From assembly GCF_054482525.1 (NCBI RefSeq), contig NZ_CM137006.1: a DNA stretch of 64,000 nucleotides; one strand, given 5' to 3'. Shown in pieces: positions 45,817 to 59,413 of the stretch (its first letter is position 1; each line of letters begins with the position of its first letter). Below the pieces are notes generated by a model that worked only from the letters and a program-made list of their open reading frames with translations, ran no database searches and was not told the DNA's origin. Position numbers and translations under genes: made by a program.

Positions 45817-46635
45817 ATGCAGCTGAAAATCACCAGTCGAAAAAAATTCACCGCTTTATTATGCTCTCTTGGGCTAATTTCCATCGTTGCAATTTATCCG
45901 CGTCAGACGGTGAATTTTTTCTATTCGACAGCAGTTCAGATTAAAGACTACATCCACTTCTACGGTTATCGCCCGGTTAAATCTTTCGCTATTCGCATTC
46001 CTGCCAGTTACACCATTCATGGTATTGATGTTTCACGCTGGCAGGAGCGAATCGACTGGCAGCGGGTGGCAAAAATGCGCGATAACGGTATTCGCTTGCA
46101 GTTTGCCTTTATCAAGGCGACGGAAGGCGAAAAGCTGGTGGACCCCTATTTTTCGCGTAACTGGCAACTAAGCCGCGAAAATGGCCTGCTGCGCGGGGCG
46201 TATCATTATTTTTCCCCGTCGGTATCCGCTTCAGTTCAGGCGAGATTATTTCTGCAAACGGTGGATTTCTCACAAGGCGATTTCCCTGCCGTGCTGGACG
46301 TAGAAGAACGGGGAAAATTATCGGCAAAAGAATTACGCAAGCGGGTAAGTCAGTGGCTAAAAATGGTCGAAAAAAGTACGGGGAAAAAGCCGATTATTTA
46401 CTCAGGAGCCGTTTTTTATCACACGAATCTGGCGGGCTATTTCAATGAATATCCGTGGTGGGTGGCTCACTACTATCAACGTCGTCCGGACAATGACGGA
46501 ATGGCCTGGCGCTTCTGGCAGCATTCCGACCGTGGACAGGTAGATGGCATCAATGGTCCGGTGGATTTTAATGTATTTAATGGCACGGTGGAGGAGTTGC
46601 AGGCATTCGTTGATGGGATTAAAGAAACGCCTTAA
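45817..46635 (+). CDS. yegX: GH25 lysozyme-family protein
   Basis: Start at MQLKITSRKK (272 aa, as in K-12). GH25-like motifs (GIDVSRWQ, FAFIKATEG). Confidence 0.88.
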   Translation: MQLKITSRKKFTALLCSLGLISIVAIYPRQTVNFFYSTAVQIKDYIHFYGYRPVKSFAIRIPASYTIHGIDVSRWQERIDWQRVAKMRDNGIRLQFAFIKATEGEKLVDPYFSRNWQLSRENGLLRGAYHYFSPSVSASVQARLFLQTVDFSQGDFPAVLDVEERGKLSAKELRKRVSQWLKMVEKSTGKKPIIYSGAVFYHTNLAGYFNEYPWWVAHYYQRRPDNDGMAWRFWQHSDRGQVDGINGPVDFNVFNGTVEELQAFVDGIKETP

Positions 46636-46686
46636 ATAAGAAGCAGTGATATACTCCCACCAGACTCCCTGGCAGGAAAAAGACAA

Positions 46687-47433
46687 ATGGAACAAGCGCA
46701 TACCCAGCTGATTGCCCAACTGAACGAACGTATTTTAGCGGCGGATAACACGCCGCTTTATATTAAGTTTGCCGAAACGGTAAAAAATGCCGTGCGCAGC
46801 GGGGTGCTGGAGCATGGCAATATTTTGCCCGGTGAGCGTGATTTAAGTCAGTTAACCGGCGTTTCGCGCATTACGGTGCGCAAGGCGATGCAGGCGCTGG
46901 AAGAAGAGGGCGTGGTGACGCGTTCGCGTGGTTACGGTACGCAGATCAACAACATCTTCGAATACTCGTTGAAAGAAGCGCGAGGTTTTTCTCAGCAGGT
47001 GGTATTGCGCGGGAAAAAGCCCGATACACTATGGGTTAACAAGCGTGTCGTGAAATGTCCCGAAGAAGTCGCGCAGCAGCTAGCGGTCGAAGCAGGAAGT
47101 AATGTCTTTTTGCTTAAGCGTATTCGCTATGTCGATGAAGAAGCGGTATCAATTGAGGAATCGTGGGTTCCTGCGCATTTAATTCATGATGTTGATGCCA
47201 TCGGAATTTCTCTTTATGACTACTTCCGCAGCCAGCACATTTACCCACAACGTACGCGTTCCCGCGTTAGCGCCCGGATGCCGGATGCCGAGTTTCAGTC
47301 ACATATTCAGTTAGATAGCAAAATACCGGTGCTGGTGATCAAGCAAGTGGCGCTTGACCAACAGCAACGGCCTATTGAGTACAGCATCAGCCACTGTCGC
47401 AGCGATCTATACGTTTTTGTGTGCGAGGAGTAG
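46687..47433 (+). CDS. yegW: GntR/HutC-family transcriptional regulator
   Basis: 248 aa with an N-terminal GntR wHTH (LPGERDLSQLTGVSRITVRKAMQALEEEG) and a UTRA-like C-terminal domain. Confidence 0.92.
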   Translation: MEQAHTQLIAQLNERILAADNTPLYIKFAETVKNAVRSGVLEHGNILPGERDLSQLTGVSRITVRKAMQALEEEGVVTRSRGYGTQINNIFEYSLKEARGFSQQVVLRGKKPDTLWVNKRVVKCPEEVAQQLAVEAGSNVFLLKRIRYVDEEAVSIEESWVPAHLIHDVDAIGISLYDYFRSQHIYPQRTRSRVSARMPDAEFQSHIQLDSKIPVLVIKQVALDQQQRPIEYSISHCRSDLYVFVCEE

Positions 47434-48372
47434 TTCCTCGCGCGTTGGCGCACAATCACCGCCCCGATGCCCGACAACCCACGACGCCACTGCATTGCCC
47501 AGTAATACGGCATCCGCCAGTGGCAGACCAGAGGCTAGCCCGGCAAGTACGCCACCTGCATGACTGTCGCCCGCCCCAATGGTGTCTACAACTTGCGTTG
47601 GAAATGCCGGAATGCAGCCAGAAGCGTCGTTGCTGAAATACCATGCGCCCTCTTTATCGAGACGAATGATCAACGGCGCGGCAAATTTCTCCTGCCATTG
47701 CTTGCCAAGTGTTGTTATCTCTGCGGATAAAGCAAAACGTTCGGCGGCAATCTCAGCCTCCTGACGATTGAGTGACACTAAAGGTCGACAGGTCATGATC
47801 CGCGCCAGCAATGCATCCGGGATATCGCCAATACGTGGGCCAAAATCGATAAACGGCGTCACGTCTTGCAGCTTTTCCAGCCATTCCACTAATAATTCGC
47901 CGCAGGGCGAGGCCAGTTGATAACCGGAAAAATAGAGCAGGCTGCCAGGCGCAACGGTTAATCGCGCCAGCCACTGGCGATTCCACTGATTTTCCACACC
48001 GCTGAATGACATAAAAGTGCGTTCGCCATCCGGCTCAACCAGCGCCAGACACCAGCCGTTATCACCTTCGGCGTTATCGATCAGGCTGATTAAGTCCTCT
48101 TTTGCCATCCGGTTGCGAATAATCTCCGCCCACACCCCCTGACCGAGCGGCAAGGCATTACCCGCTTCGATGCCGAGGCGCTTTAATGCCACGGCAATAT
48201 TCAGTGCACAGCCGCCAACGTTAACGCTCTGCTGTTTCAGTTCGATATCGCACCCACGCCAGGGGAGGGCATAAGCGTCGGCGATCACATCAATGACCGC
48301 CGCGCCGACGACCATCACCGGCTGACGCGTGGCTAATTCAGGCAGCAGCGTGTGTAATCGAGCGCCGCTCAT
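47407..48372 (-). CDS. yegV: PfkB-family sugar/nucleoside kinase
   Basis: 321 aa with the C-terminal PfkB signature DTIGAGDSHAGG. Convergent overlap with yegW. Confidence 0.9.
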   Translation of the reverse strand: MSGARLHTLLPELATRQPVMVVGAAVIDVIADAYALPWRGCDIELKQQSVNVGGCALNIAVALKRLGIEAGNALPLGQGVWAEIIRNRMAKEDLISLIDNAEGDNGWCLALVEPDGERTFMSFSGVENQWNRQWLARLTVAPGSLLYFSGYQLASPCGELLVEWLEKLQDVTPFIDFGPRIGDIPDALLARIMTCRPLVSLNRQEAEIAAERFALSAEITTLGKQWQEKFAAPLIIRLDKEGAWYFSNDASGCIPAFPTQVVDTIGAGDSHAGGVLAGLASGLPLADAVLLGNAVASWVVGHRGGDCAPTREELLLAHKNV

Positions 48373-49373
48373 ATCGCCTCCCGTTGTTGGCGATACTTCG
48401 CCAGCGCCGTGGCATAGCGGTTGAAATCAAGCTGATTTACTGCATCCAGTTCCGCCTTTAACGCAGGATCGATAGCGTTAACGCCATGCAACGCGCCACA
48501 AATTGCCGTCGCCATAGCACCGATGGTGTCTGTGTCGCCGCCAAGGTTAGCGCACAGGACGGCGCAACGGTTCGGGTCGGTTTGTGCCAGTTCAACCAGC
48601 GCAATGGCGCACGGAACGGACTCAATAGTGCTGGTACCTGCGCCAACGACCTGGTAAAGCTGTTCGCTGGCGGATTCGGTGCCGTCGGCATTGCGCACAA
48701 TTTTCAGCGCAATCTCCAGACGTGCTGCCAGTGAGGCGCTGAAGGTAGTGATGCGTTTTTGTTGAGCATGTCGCGCAATTGAAGGCAGTGAATCAACAAT
48801 TGCTGACCAGCTTTCTCCGTCAATGGCACGAGAAATCGCCCATGCGATGACTACCGCCCCCGCAACCGCCAGATCGGATTTATGTGTCGGGCTGGAGGCC
48901 AGCGCCACATCATCAATAAAGGAATCAACATCACGCGCCGGAAGCAAACAACCTAATGGCGAGACGCGCATCGCTGCGCCGTTGGTCACGCCGTTATTTT
49001 CCAGTTCAGCAACGGGTTTACCGTCGCGAATGGCGTTAAGCGCAATCTTCGAGGTCGGACCTAGTACGTTTTTGTTAAAGGCGTCGAAACGCAGCGCCCA
49101 GTCGAGAATATTACGCCCAATCAGATCCGGATCGATCTTGCCTTCACGTTCCAGTAACGCATCCGCCAGACACAGCGCCATCGAGGTATCGTCGGTGAAT
49201 TCGGCGCGGTTAAAATAACAGGCTGCGTTATTCTCCTTTGGCCCAGGCAGAAAACGGTCAATCCAGCCAAAGTGCGCTTTGACGCGACTGCGCGGCCAAA
49301 GCTCGGAGGGCATCCCCATCGCATCCCCTAACGCCTGCCCATAAAGAGCACCGAGAATACGTTCTGTTTTCAT
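48369..49373 (-). CDS. yegU: ADP-ribosylglycohydrolase-family protein
   Basis: 334 aa (GALYGQALGDAMGMPSE...). Overlaps yegV and yegT by 4 nt each. Confidence 0.9.
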   Translation of the reverse strand: MKTERILGALYGQALGDAMGMPSELWPRSRVKAHFGWIDRFLPGPKENNAACYFNRAEFTDDTSMALCLADALLEREGKIDPDLIGRNILDWALRFDAFNKNVLGPTSKIALNAIRDGKPVAELENNGVTNGAAMRVSPLGCLLPARDVDSFIDDVALASSPTHKSDLAVAGAVVIAWAISRAIDGESWSAIVDSLPSIARHAQQKRITTFSASLAARLEIALKIVRNADGTESASEQLYQVVGAGTSTIESVPCAIALVELAQTDPNRCAVLCANLGGDTDTIGAMATAICGALHGVNAIDPALKAELDAVNQLDFNRYATALAKYRQQREAI

Positions 49374-50647
49374 TTAACTTCCCCTTGTGTCAACGCAATA
49401 TCGCGATCATCGACCTTGATAGCCGTAATTTCGTTGTCGGATTCGCGGAAAAAAATCATGAACAGCACGGCGATAATGGCAATCATCACCGCGCCAAAAG
49501 TCCACATCCCGGACCAGTTGAAAGTCAGTCCGTTTACCGGTTCCTGATAAGCGAACATCTTTTCCATCATCACACCGCCAAGACGATAGCCGAGCAAACT
49601 GCCGAAGCCCTGGCAGCAGAGCGTGATCAGCCCCTGCGCGGCGGTACGCATATGCACGGGGGCTTTTTTATCGACATAGATGTAAGCGGTAACGTAGTAA
49701 AAATCGTAACTTACGCCGTGAAGCAAAATGCCGAGGAACAGTAACGCGTAGGTGAAATATTCATCCGCACTACCGTAAATAAAGAAGCCATAGCGGATCG
49801 CAGCGGTGACCAGACCAAGTAATAATACCTTTTTGATACCAAAGCGTTTGGTAAAAAACGGCAATGCCAGCATAAAGAAGATTTCAGAGAACTGGCCGAG
49901 CGTCATCCAGCCAGTGGCGTTTTTCATGCCAACTTCGGTCAGATAACCGTTGGCAAAGATGTAATAGAACGCCAGTGGCATTGCAAACAGAAATGAACAG
50001 AAGAAAAAGACGAGGAAGTTTTTATCGCGCAGCAGGATCAGCGCATCCAGGCCGAGCATGACTTTAATGTCCATTTTGCCGGTGCTTTTTGGCGGCGTGT
50101 CGGGCAGGAAAAACGCAAACACACCGAGCAGAGCAGAACTTCCGGCGGTAATCAGCAGCGGGATGTTAGTCGGAGAGATATCGGCATAACCCAGCATTTG
50201 CGGCAAAAATCCACATGCCAGACCAGAGGCAATCCAGCCGATAGTGCCCATCACACGAATGCGTGGGAAATCACGCTCCACATCCGGCACGTTGGCAAAA
50301 GCGATACTGTTAGTCAGCGCAATGGTCGGCATATAGGTTAGCGAGTAGGCCAGCAGTAACGGGAAGAACCCGGCAAAAGTGGTCTGTTGCGCAGCGAAAT
50401 ACATCAGTACCGCGCCAGCGAACATCAATACCGCCAGCACTTTCTGCGCCGAGAAAAAGCGGTCAGTGATGGAGCCAACCAGAATTGGCGACAGGATCGC
50501 CGCAATGGCGGTACAGGCATACGACCAGCCAATTTCTCCGGCACTAAAACCACTTTTACTTAACCACAGCCACAATGGCACAAACCACGCGCCCCAGATA
50601 AACCATTCAACAAACATCATGAACGACAGCTTTGCTGTTGTTTTCAT
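49370..50647 (-). CDS. yegT: MFS nucleoside:H+ symporter-family transporter
   Basis: 425-aa polytopic membrane protein, NupG/XapB-like. Same length as K-12 YegT. Confidence 0.9.
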   Translation of the reverse strand: MKTTAKLSFMMFVEWFIWGAWFVPLWLWLSKSGFSAGEIGWSYACTAIAAILSPILVGSITDRFFSAQKVLAVLMFAGAVLMYFAAQQTTFAGFFPLLLAYSLTYMPTIALTNSIAFANVPDVERDFPRIRVMGTIGWIASGLACGFLPQMLGYADISPTNIPLLITAGSSALLGVFAFFLPDTPPKSTGKMDIKVMLGLDALILLRDKNFLVFFFCSFLFAMPLAFYYIFANGYLTEVGMKNATGWMTLGQFSEIFFMLALPFFTKRFGIKKVLLLGLVTAAIRYGFFIYGSADEYFTYALLFLGILLHGVSYDFYYVTAYIYVDKKAPVHMRTAAQGLITLCCQGFGSLLGYRLGGVMMEKMFAYQEPVNGLTFNWSGMWTFGAVMIAIIAVLFMIFFRESDNEITAIKVDDRDIALTQGEVK

Positions 50648-50903
50648 CTTTTAATTCCTTCATGACAGGTAATGTAAGGTACGCGATGACAATACCATTT
50701 AATAATACCTTTTAAATACCTTTGCGGTGAAAACTTGACCGCGCTAACATTTTTTCTGATGAATCGAGCCAACAGAAAACGCTGAAAAAACATCCAAAAG
50801 ATGGAAAAACTCGCCTGTAACGACCAGGATTATGATTGCCCGCAAAAGGTGGGCCAGGACAATCCATAGCCGATATCCAATCGGAATTTACGGGAGCATA
50901 GTA

Positions 50904-51956
50904 ATGACAGATATTGCGCAGTTGCTTGGCAAAGACGCCGACAACCTTTTACAGCACCGTTGTATGACTATTCCTTCTGACCAGCTTTATCTCCCCGGAC
51001 ATGACTACGTAGACCGCGTGATGATTGACAATAATCGCCCGCCAGCGGTGTTACGTAATATGCAGACGTTGTACAACACCGGGCGTCTGGCTGGCACAGG
51101 ATATCTTTCTATTCTGCCGGTTGACCAGGGCGTTGAGCACTCTGCCGGAGCTTCATTTGCCGCTAACCCGCTCTACTTTGACCCGAAAAACATTGTTGAA
51201 CTGGCGATCGAAGCGGGCTGTAACTGTGTGGCGTCAACTTACGGCGTGCTGGCATCGGTATCGCGGCGTTACGCGCATCGCATTCCATTCCTCGTCAAAC
51301 TTAATCACAACGAGACGCTAAGTTACCCGAATACCTACGATCAAACGCTGTATGCCAGCGTGGAGCAGGCGTTCAACATGGGCGCGGTGGCGGTTGGTGC
51401 GACTATCTATTTTGGCTCGGAAGAGTCACGTCGCCAGATTGAAGAAATTTCTGCGGCTTTTGAACGTGCGCACGAGCTGGGCATGGTGACAGTGCTGTGG
51501 GCCTATTTGCGTAACTCCGCCTTTAAGAAAGATGGCGTTGATTACCATGTTTCCGCCGACCTGACTGGTCAGGCGAACCATCTGGCGGCAACCATAGGTG
51601 CAGATATCGTCAAACAAAAAATGGCGGAAAATAACGGCGGCTATAAAGCGATTAATTACGGTTATACCGACGATCGCGTGTACAGCAAGTTGACCAGCGA
51701 AAACCCGATTGATCTGGTGCGTTATCAGTTAGCTAACTGCTATATGGGCCGCGCAGGGTTGATAAACTCCGGCGGTGCTGCAGGCGGTGAAACTGACCTC
51801 AGCGATGCAGTGCGTACTGCGGTTATCAACAAACGCGCTGGCGGAATGGGGCTGATTCTTGGACGTAAGGCGTTCAAGAAATCGATGGCTGACGGCGTGA
51901 AACTGATTAACGCCGTGCAGGACGTTTATCTCGATAGCAAAATTACTATCGCCTGA
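50904..51956 (+). CDS. fbaB: class I fructose-bisphosphate aldolase
   Basis: Start at [19 protein letters not shown] (350 aa, as in K-12 FbaB). The ORF-track extension to 50832 is rejected. Confidence 0.94.
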
Positions 51957-52041
51957 TACGCCTTATACGAACAGCACTACCCCGTATGACGGAAAAGGCG
52001 TTTACGTCGCATCCGGCATAAAAACACGCGCACTTTGCTAC

Positions 52042-52069
52042 GGCTTCCCTATCGGGAGGCCGTTTTTTT
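52042..52069 (+). terminator. intrinsic terminator downstream of fbaB
   Basis: GGCTTCCC-tatc-GGGAGGCC stem followed by TTTTTTT. A REP-like GCATCCGGCA sequence lies just upstream. Confidence 0.7.
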
Positions 52070-52129
52070 GCCTGTCATTCTGATTAATTTTCGAATTGTC
52101 GTTTTTGTGATCGTTATCTCGACATTTAA

Positions 52130-53065
<936 letters not shown>

Positions 53066-53066
53066 T

Positions 53067-54329
<1,263 letters not shown>

Positions 54330-54338
54330 GGACGGTAT

Positions 54339-54791
54339 ATGACTAACCTGTTTGTTCGTAGCGGAATTTCTTTTGTCGATCGTAGCGAAGTTTTAACCCA
54401 TATCGGTAATGAGATGCTCGCGAAAGGTGTGGTTCATGATACCTGGCCACAGGCATTAATTGCCAGAGAAGCAGAATTCCCTACCGGGATAATGCTTGAG
54501 CAGCACGCCATTGCAATACCGCATTGTGAGGCGATTCATGCTAAGTCGTCAGCCATTTATCTGTTAAGGCCAACAAATAAAGTTCATTTTCAGCAAGCGG
54601 ATGATGATAACGACGTGGCGGTATCGTTGGTTATTGCGTTAATTGTGGAAAATCCGCAGCAGCAATTGAAACTTTTACGCTGTTTATTTGGCAAGTTACA
54701 ACAGCCCGATATCGTCGAGACACTAATCACTCTTCCTGAAACCCAGTTAAAGGAATACTTCACAAAGTATGTTTTAGATTCAGACGAATAA
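54339..54791 (+). CDS. gatA: galactitol PTS EIIA
   Basis: 150 aa. Position and sequence match K-12. Confidence 0.94.
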   Translation: MTNLFVRSGISFVDRSEVLTHIGNEMLAKGVVHDTWPQALIAREAEFPTGIMLEQHAIAIPHCEAIHAKSSAIYLLRPTNKVHFQQADDDNDVAVSLVIALIVENPQQQLKLLRCLFGKLQQPDIVETLITLPETQLKEYFTKYVLDSDE

Positions 54792-54821
54792 ATCCCTCTG
54801 TAACAATAAAAAGGACTATTT

Positions 54822-55106
54822 ATGAAACGCAAGATTATTGTCGCTTGCGGAGGCGCGGTTGCGACCTCCACGATGGCGGCGGAAGAAATTAAAGAGTTGT
54901 GTCAGAGTCATAATATTCCTGTTGAATTAATCCAGTGTCGGGTTAATGAAATAGAGACCTATATGGATGGCGTGCATTTGATATGTACTACCGCCAAAGT
55001 TGACCGTAGTTTTGGCGATATTCCGTTAGTTCACGGCATGCCTTTTGTTTCTGGTGTCGGTATCGAAGCATTACAAAATAAAATTCTGACTATCTTACAG
55101 GGGTGA
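54822..55106 (+). CDS. gatB: galactitol PTS EIIB
   Basis: 94 aa ([16 protein letters not shown], with the active-site Cys). Confidence 0.94.
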   Translation: MKRKIIVACGGAVATSTMAAEEIKELCQSHNIPVELIQCRVNEIETYMDGVHLICTTAKVDRSFGDIPLVHGMPFVSGVGIEALQNKILTILQG

Positions 55107-55109
55107 CCT

Positions 55110-56465
55110 ATGTTTTCAGAAGTCATGCGTTATATTCTCGACCTCGGCCCTACGGTGATGCTGCCGATTGTCATCATTATTTTTTCTAAAATATTAGGCA
55201 TGAAGGCAGGCGATTGCTTTAAAGCGGGTCTGCATATCGGGATTGGCTTTGTTGGCATTGGCCTTGTGATTGGCTTAATGCTGGATTCCATTGGTCCGGC
55301 GGCGAAAGCGATGGCGGAAAATTTCGACCTGAATCTGCATGTGGTCGATGTCGGTTGGCCGGGCTCTTCACCAATGACCTGGGCGTCGCAAATTGCGCTG
55401 GTGGCGATTCCGATTGCGATTCTGGTTAACGTGGCGATGCTACTGACCCGTATGACGCGGGTGGTAAATGTTGATATCTGGAATATCTGGCATATGACCT
55501 TCACCGGCGCATTGCTGCATCTGGCAACCGGTTCATGGATGATAGGGATGGCGGGTGTGGTAATTCACGCGGCGTTTGTTTATAAGCTCGGCGACTGGTT
55601 TGCCCGCGATACCCGAAATTTCTTTGAGCTGGAAGGCATTGCTATCCCGCACGGTACGTCGGCGTATCTGGGGCCGATTGCGGTGCTGGTGGATGCTATC
55701 ATCGAAAAAATCCCAGGCGTTAACCGTATTAAATTTAGCGCCGACGATATTCAGCGCAAATTTGGCCCATTTGGCGAACCTGTCACCGTGGGCTTTGTGA
55801 TGGGGCTGATTATCGGCATCCTCGCGGGTTACGATGTCAAAGGTGTATTGCAGCTGGCGGTAAAAACGGCGGCAGTTATGCTGCTGATGCCACGGGTGAT
55901 TAAACCCATCATGGATGGTTTAACGCCTATCGCTAAGCAGGCCCGTAGTCGTTTACAGGCGAAGTTCGGCGGTCAGGAGTTCCTGATTGGCCTTGATCCG
56001 GCGTTGCTGCTGGGGCATACGGCGGTGGTATCGGCAAGCCTGATTTTTATCCCGCTCACCATTTTTATTGCTGTTTGTGTGCCGGGTAATCAGGTGCTGC
56101 CGTTTGGCGATCTTGCCACCATCGGCTTCTTTGTGGCGATGGCAGTTGCCGTGCATCGAGGAAATCTGTTCCGCACCTTAATCTCGGGTGTCATCATTAT
56201 GAGCATCACCCTGTGGATCGCGACGCAAACTATTGGTTTGCACACCCAACTGGCGGCTAATGCTGGGGCGTTAAAAGCCGGAGGTATGGTGGCTTCAATG
56301 GATCAGGGCGGTTCTCCCATTACCTGGTTACTGATTCAGCTTTTCTCCCCGCAAAATATTCCCGGTTTCATTATTATCGGCGCAATTTATCTTACCGGTA
56401 TTTTCATGACCTGGCGTAGAGCGCGTGGTTTTATTAAACAAGAGAAAGCCGTTCTCGCAGAATAA
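55110..56465 (+). CDS. gatC: galactitol PTS EIIC
   Basis: 451-aa polytopic membrane protein. Confidence 0.94.
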   Translation: MFSEVMRYILDLGPTVMLPIVIIIFSKILGMKAGDCFKAGLHIGIGFVGIGLVIGLMLDSIGPAAKAMAENFDLNLHVVDVGWPGSSPMTWASQIALVAIPIAILVNVAMLLTRMTRVVNVDIWNIWHMTFTGALLHLATGSWMIGMAGVVIHAAFVYKLGDWFARDTRNFFELEGIAIPHGTSAYLGPIAVLVDAIIEKIPGVNRIKFSADDIQRKFGPFGEPVTVGFVMGLIIGILAGYDVKGVLQLAVKTAAVMLLMPRVIKPIMDGLTPIAKQARSRLQAKFGGQEFLIGLDPALLLGHTAVVSASLIFIPLTIFIAVCVPGNQVLPFGDLATIGFFVAMAVAVHRGNLFRTLISGVIIMSITLWIATQTIGLHTQLAANAGALKAGGMVASMDQGGSPITWLLIQLFSPQNIPGFIIIGAIYLTGIFMTWRRARGFIKQEKAVLAE

Positions 56466-56512
56466 TTTTTACCTGAGGGGGAGTTTATCCCCCTTAACAA
56501 TCAGGAGTTTTT

Positions 56513-57553
56513 ATGAAATCAGTGGTGAATGATACTGATGGTATCGTGCGCATTGCAGAAAGCGTCATTCCTGAAATTAAACATCAGGATGAGGTACGGG
56601 TAAAAATTGCCAGCTCGGGCTTATGTGGTTCCGATTTACCCAGGATATTTAAAAATGGTGCACATTATTATCCAATAACGTTAGGCCATGAATTTAGCGG
56701 CTATATTGATGCGGTGGGATCCGGTGTTGATGATTTACACCCTGGCGATGCGGTTGCCTGTGTGCCGTTATTACCCTGTTTTACTTGTCCAGAGTGTTTG
56801 AAAGGGTTTTATTCCCAGTGCGCAAAATATGATTTTATTGGCTCGCGGCGTGATGGTGGATTTGCTGAATATATTGTCGTTAAGCGAAAAAATGTCTTTG
56901 CTCTACCCACGGATATGTCTATTGAGGATGGGGCTTTTATTGAGCCGATTACCGTTGGCCTGCATGCTTTTCATTTAGCGCAAGGTTGTGAGAATAAAAA
57001 CGTTATTATTATTGGTGCCGGAACCATTGGCCTGCTGGCTATTCAGTGCGCTGTCGCGCTGGGAGCAAAGAGTGTGACGGCTATCGACATTAGCTCAGAA
57101 AAACTGGCACTGGCAAAATCTTTCGGTGCGATGCAAACATTTAACAGCCTTGAAATGAGCGCGCCGCAAATGCAGGGCGTTTTACGCGAGCTGCGCTTTA
57201 ATCAGCTTATCCTCGAGACGGCTGGCGTCCCGCAAACCGTCGAACTGGCGGTAGAGATTGCCGGGCCTCATGCCCAGCTGGCGCTGGTGGGCACGTTGCA
57301 TCAGGATTTGCATTTAACATCGGCAACGTTTGGCAAAATATTACGTAAAGAGCTGACGGTTATCGGCAGTTGGATGAACTACTCCAGCCCTTGGCCGGGG
57401 CAGGAGTGGGAAACGGCGAGCCGGTTGCTGACAGAACGTAAGTTAAGCCTGGAGCCATTAATCGCTCACCGTGGAAGCTTTGAAAGCTTCGCCCAGGCGG
57501 TGCGTGACATCGCTCGTAATGCTATGCCGGGCAAAGTGTTGCTCATTCCCTGA
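56513..57553 (+). CDS. gatD: galactitol-1-phosphate 5-dehydrogenase (Zn-dependent MDR)
   Basis: 346 aa with zinc-ADH motifs (GHEFSG, CxxCxxC) and a Rossmann GAGTIGL. Confidence 0.94.
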   Translation: MKSVVNDTDGIVRIAESVIPEIKHQDEVRVKIASSGLCGSDLPRIFKNGAHYYPITLGHEFSGYIDAVGSGVDDLHPGDAVACVPLLPCFTCPECLKGFYSQCAKYDFIGSRRDGGFAEYIVVKRKNVFALPTDMSIEDGAFIEPITVGLHAFHLAQGCENKNVIIIGAGTIGLLAIQCAVALGAKSVTAIDISSEKLALAKSFGAMQTFNSLEMSAPQMQGVLRELRFNQLILETAGVPQTVELAVEIAGPHAQLALVGTLHQDLHLTSATFGKILRKELTVIGSWMNYSSPWPGQEWETASRLLTERKLSLEPLIAHRGSFESFAQAVRDIARNAMPGKVLLIP

Positions 57554-57652
57554 AACTGCGGGCCAGCGTGATGCTGGCCCGGTATTGTGCAAAACAGATC
57601 ATTCACCAATGGTCCCCCTTCGTTTACACTAGCCACAATTGAATATGGGTAA

Positions 57653-58432
57653 ATGACGATGAATTCATTCGAGCGAAGGAATAAGATCATCCAATTAGTG
57701 AATGAACAGGGAACCGTGCTTGTTCAGGATCTGGCGGGAGTATTTGCTGCCTCGGAAGCGACAATCCGTGCCGATTTGCGCTTTCTCGAACAAAAAGGCG
57801 TAGTTACGCGCTTTCATGGCGGTGCGGCGAAAATAATGTCCGGTAATAGTGAAACCGAGACCCAGGAAGTTGGGTTTAAAGAGCGATTTCAGCTCGCCAG
57901 TGCGCCAAAAAACAGAATAGCGCAGGCGGCAGTCAAAATGATCCACGAAGGGATGACCGTTATTCTCGACAGCGGAAGTACCACAATGCTTATCGCCGAA
58001 GGTTTAATGACCGCCAAAAATATCACGGTGATTACCAACAGTCTCCCGGCGGCGTTTGCCCTTTCCGAAAATAAAGACATTACTCTGGTCGTCTGTGGTG
58101 GCACCGTCCGCCATAAAACGCGCTCGATGCATGGTTCCATTGCCGAGCGTTCATTGCAGGATATTAATGCCGATTTAATGTTTGTCGGTGCTGATGGTAT
58201 TGATGCGGTTAATGGTATTACGACCTTTAATGAAGGTTATTCGATTAGCGGGGCGATGGTCACAGCCGCAAATAAAGTGATTGCCGTTCTCGATTCATCG
58301 AAATTTAATCGTCGCGGTTTTAATCAGGTACTGCCAATCGAAAAAATCGACATTATTATTACCGACGATGCTGTGTCAGAGGTGGATAAACTGGCATTGC
58401 AGAAGACACGGGTGAAATTAATTACGGTGTAG
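57653..58432 (+). CDS. gatR: DeoR-family repressor of the gat operon; uninterrupted here
   Basis: N-terminal DeoR HTH (RRNKIIQLVNEQGTVLVQDLAGVFAASEATIRADLRFLEQKG) and a sugar-binding C-terminal domain. The start could be 57653 or 57659. Confidence 0.88.
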   Translation: MTMNSFERRNKIIQLVNEQGTVLVQDLAGVFAASEATIRADLRFLEQKGVVTRFHGGAAKIMSGNSETETQEVGFKERFQLASAPKNRIAQAAVKMIHEGMTVILDSGSTTMLIAEGLMTAKNITVITNSLPAAFALSENKDITLVVCGGTVRHKTRSMHGSIAERSLQDINADLMFVGADGIDAVNGITTFNEGYSISGAMVTAANKVIAVLDSSKFNRRGFNQVLPIEKIDIIITDDAVSEVDKLALQKTRVKLITV

Positions 58433-58443
58433 TATTGCTCTGT

Positions 58444-58477
58444 ATGCCGGATAAAGTTTTTACACCGCATCCGGCAT
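58444..58477. repeat. REP-type palindromic element
   Basis: ATGCCGGAT (58444-58452) and ATCCGGCAT (58469-58477) form an inverted repeat with the GCCGGATG-type core typical of E. coli REP sequences. Confidence 0.65.
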
Positions 58478-58513
58478 TACGGATTCTCCCTGGTTCAAGA
58501 GAGAATAGTGTGA

Positions 58514-59413
58514 TTAACGCAACAATGGGCAATCTGGTGGTAATCGACAACGCAACGCCGCCGGAAGTATTTCAATATGAAAGTTTTGCCCACTCAACGG
58601 TTCGCCATCAAGATTAAAAGTGATTTCGTGTGGGGCTTGTATATCAAACCACGACGAAGCACCTTCGATAATATTCGGGTTATCTTCGTCAGATTTTAAG
58701 GTTGATACGAGAGCTGGAAGAATTTCATCGCCGGTAAAAATGCGCAGTTGCAGCAGGCCATCGTTAATTAACGCGTTCGGGCACAATTGCTGACCGCCAC
58801 CGGCCTGACGCCCGTTACCAATACCAATGACCAGGGCGTCACCTTGCCAGTGAAAGTTTTCACCGCGGATCTCACAACGGTCCGGTTGCAGAGTATCCAT
58901 GCGCATTAAGCCATGAATGATGTAAGAGACGCCACCCAGCGCGGCTTTTAATTTTTCCGGCGTTTCTGTGGTAATACGCGTCCCAAATCCGCCTGTCGCC
59001 ATATTAATAAAACAGGTTTGTTTATTGACCTGCGCCATATCTATCGCAATGGCGTTACCGGCAATTGCCAGTTTCAGCGCCTTATCCAGTGCCTCAGGAA
59101 TCCCTACACTGGTGGCAAAATCATTGGCGGTTCCTAATGGTAAAATTCCCAGCGCGGGTATGTCATCCCCCTCACACTGAATCAACGCCGTAGAAACTTC
59201 ATTAATGGTGCCATCGCCACCACCGGCAATCACCGTTGCGACGCCCAACTTCCGTGCCTCCTCTACATATCGTGCGGCATCGCCTTTCTCCCAGGTGACC
59301 CGCACATGGATCGTCATTCCTTCCTCACGCAACAGCATAATTGCTTCGCGCAAGGGTAGATTGTCAGTACTTTTGCCATTAAGAATCAGTAAGCTGGCGG
59401 GAAATTCTGCCAT
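58514..59413 (-). CDS. yegS: lipid kinase (diacylglycerol-kinase catalytic-domain family)
   Basis: 299 aa with a GGDGT motif ([13 protein letters not shown]), matching K-12 YegS. Confidence 0.93.
   Translation of the reverse strand: MAEFPASLLILNGKSTDNLPLREAIMLLREEGMTIHVRVTWEKGDAARYVEEARKLGVATVIAGGGDGTINEVSTALIQCEGDDIPALGILPLGTANDFATSVGIPEALDKALKLAIAGNAIAIDMAQVNKQTCFINMATGGFGTRITTETPEKLKAALGGVSYIIHGLMRMDTLQPDRCEIRGENFHWQGDALVIGIGNGRQAGGGQQLCPNALINDGLLQLRIFTGDEILPALVSTLKSDEDNPNIIEGASSWFDIQAPHEITFNLDGEPLSGQNFHIEILPAALRCRLPPDCPLLR

Noticed and set aside
58435-58617. 60-aa plus-strand ORF after gatR
   Set aside because: It spans a REP palindrome and then runs antisense into the yegS 3' end, with no translation signals.
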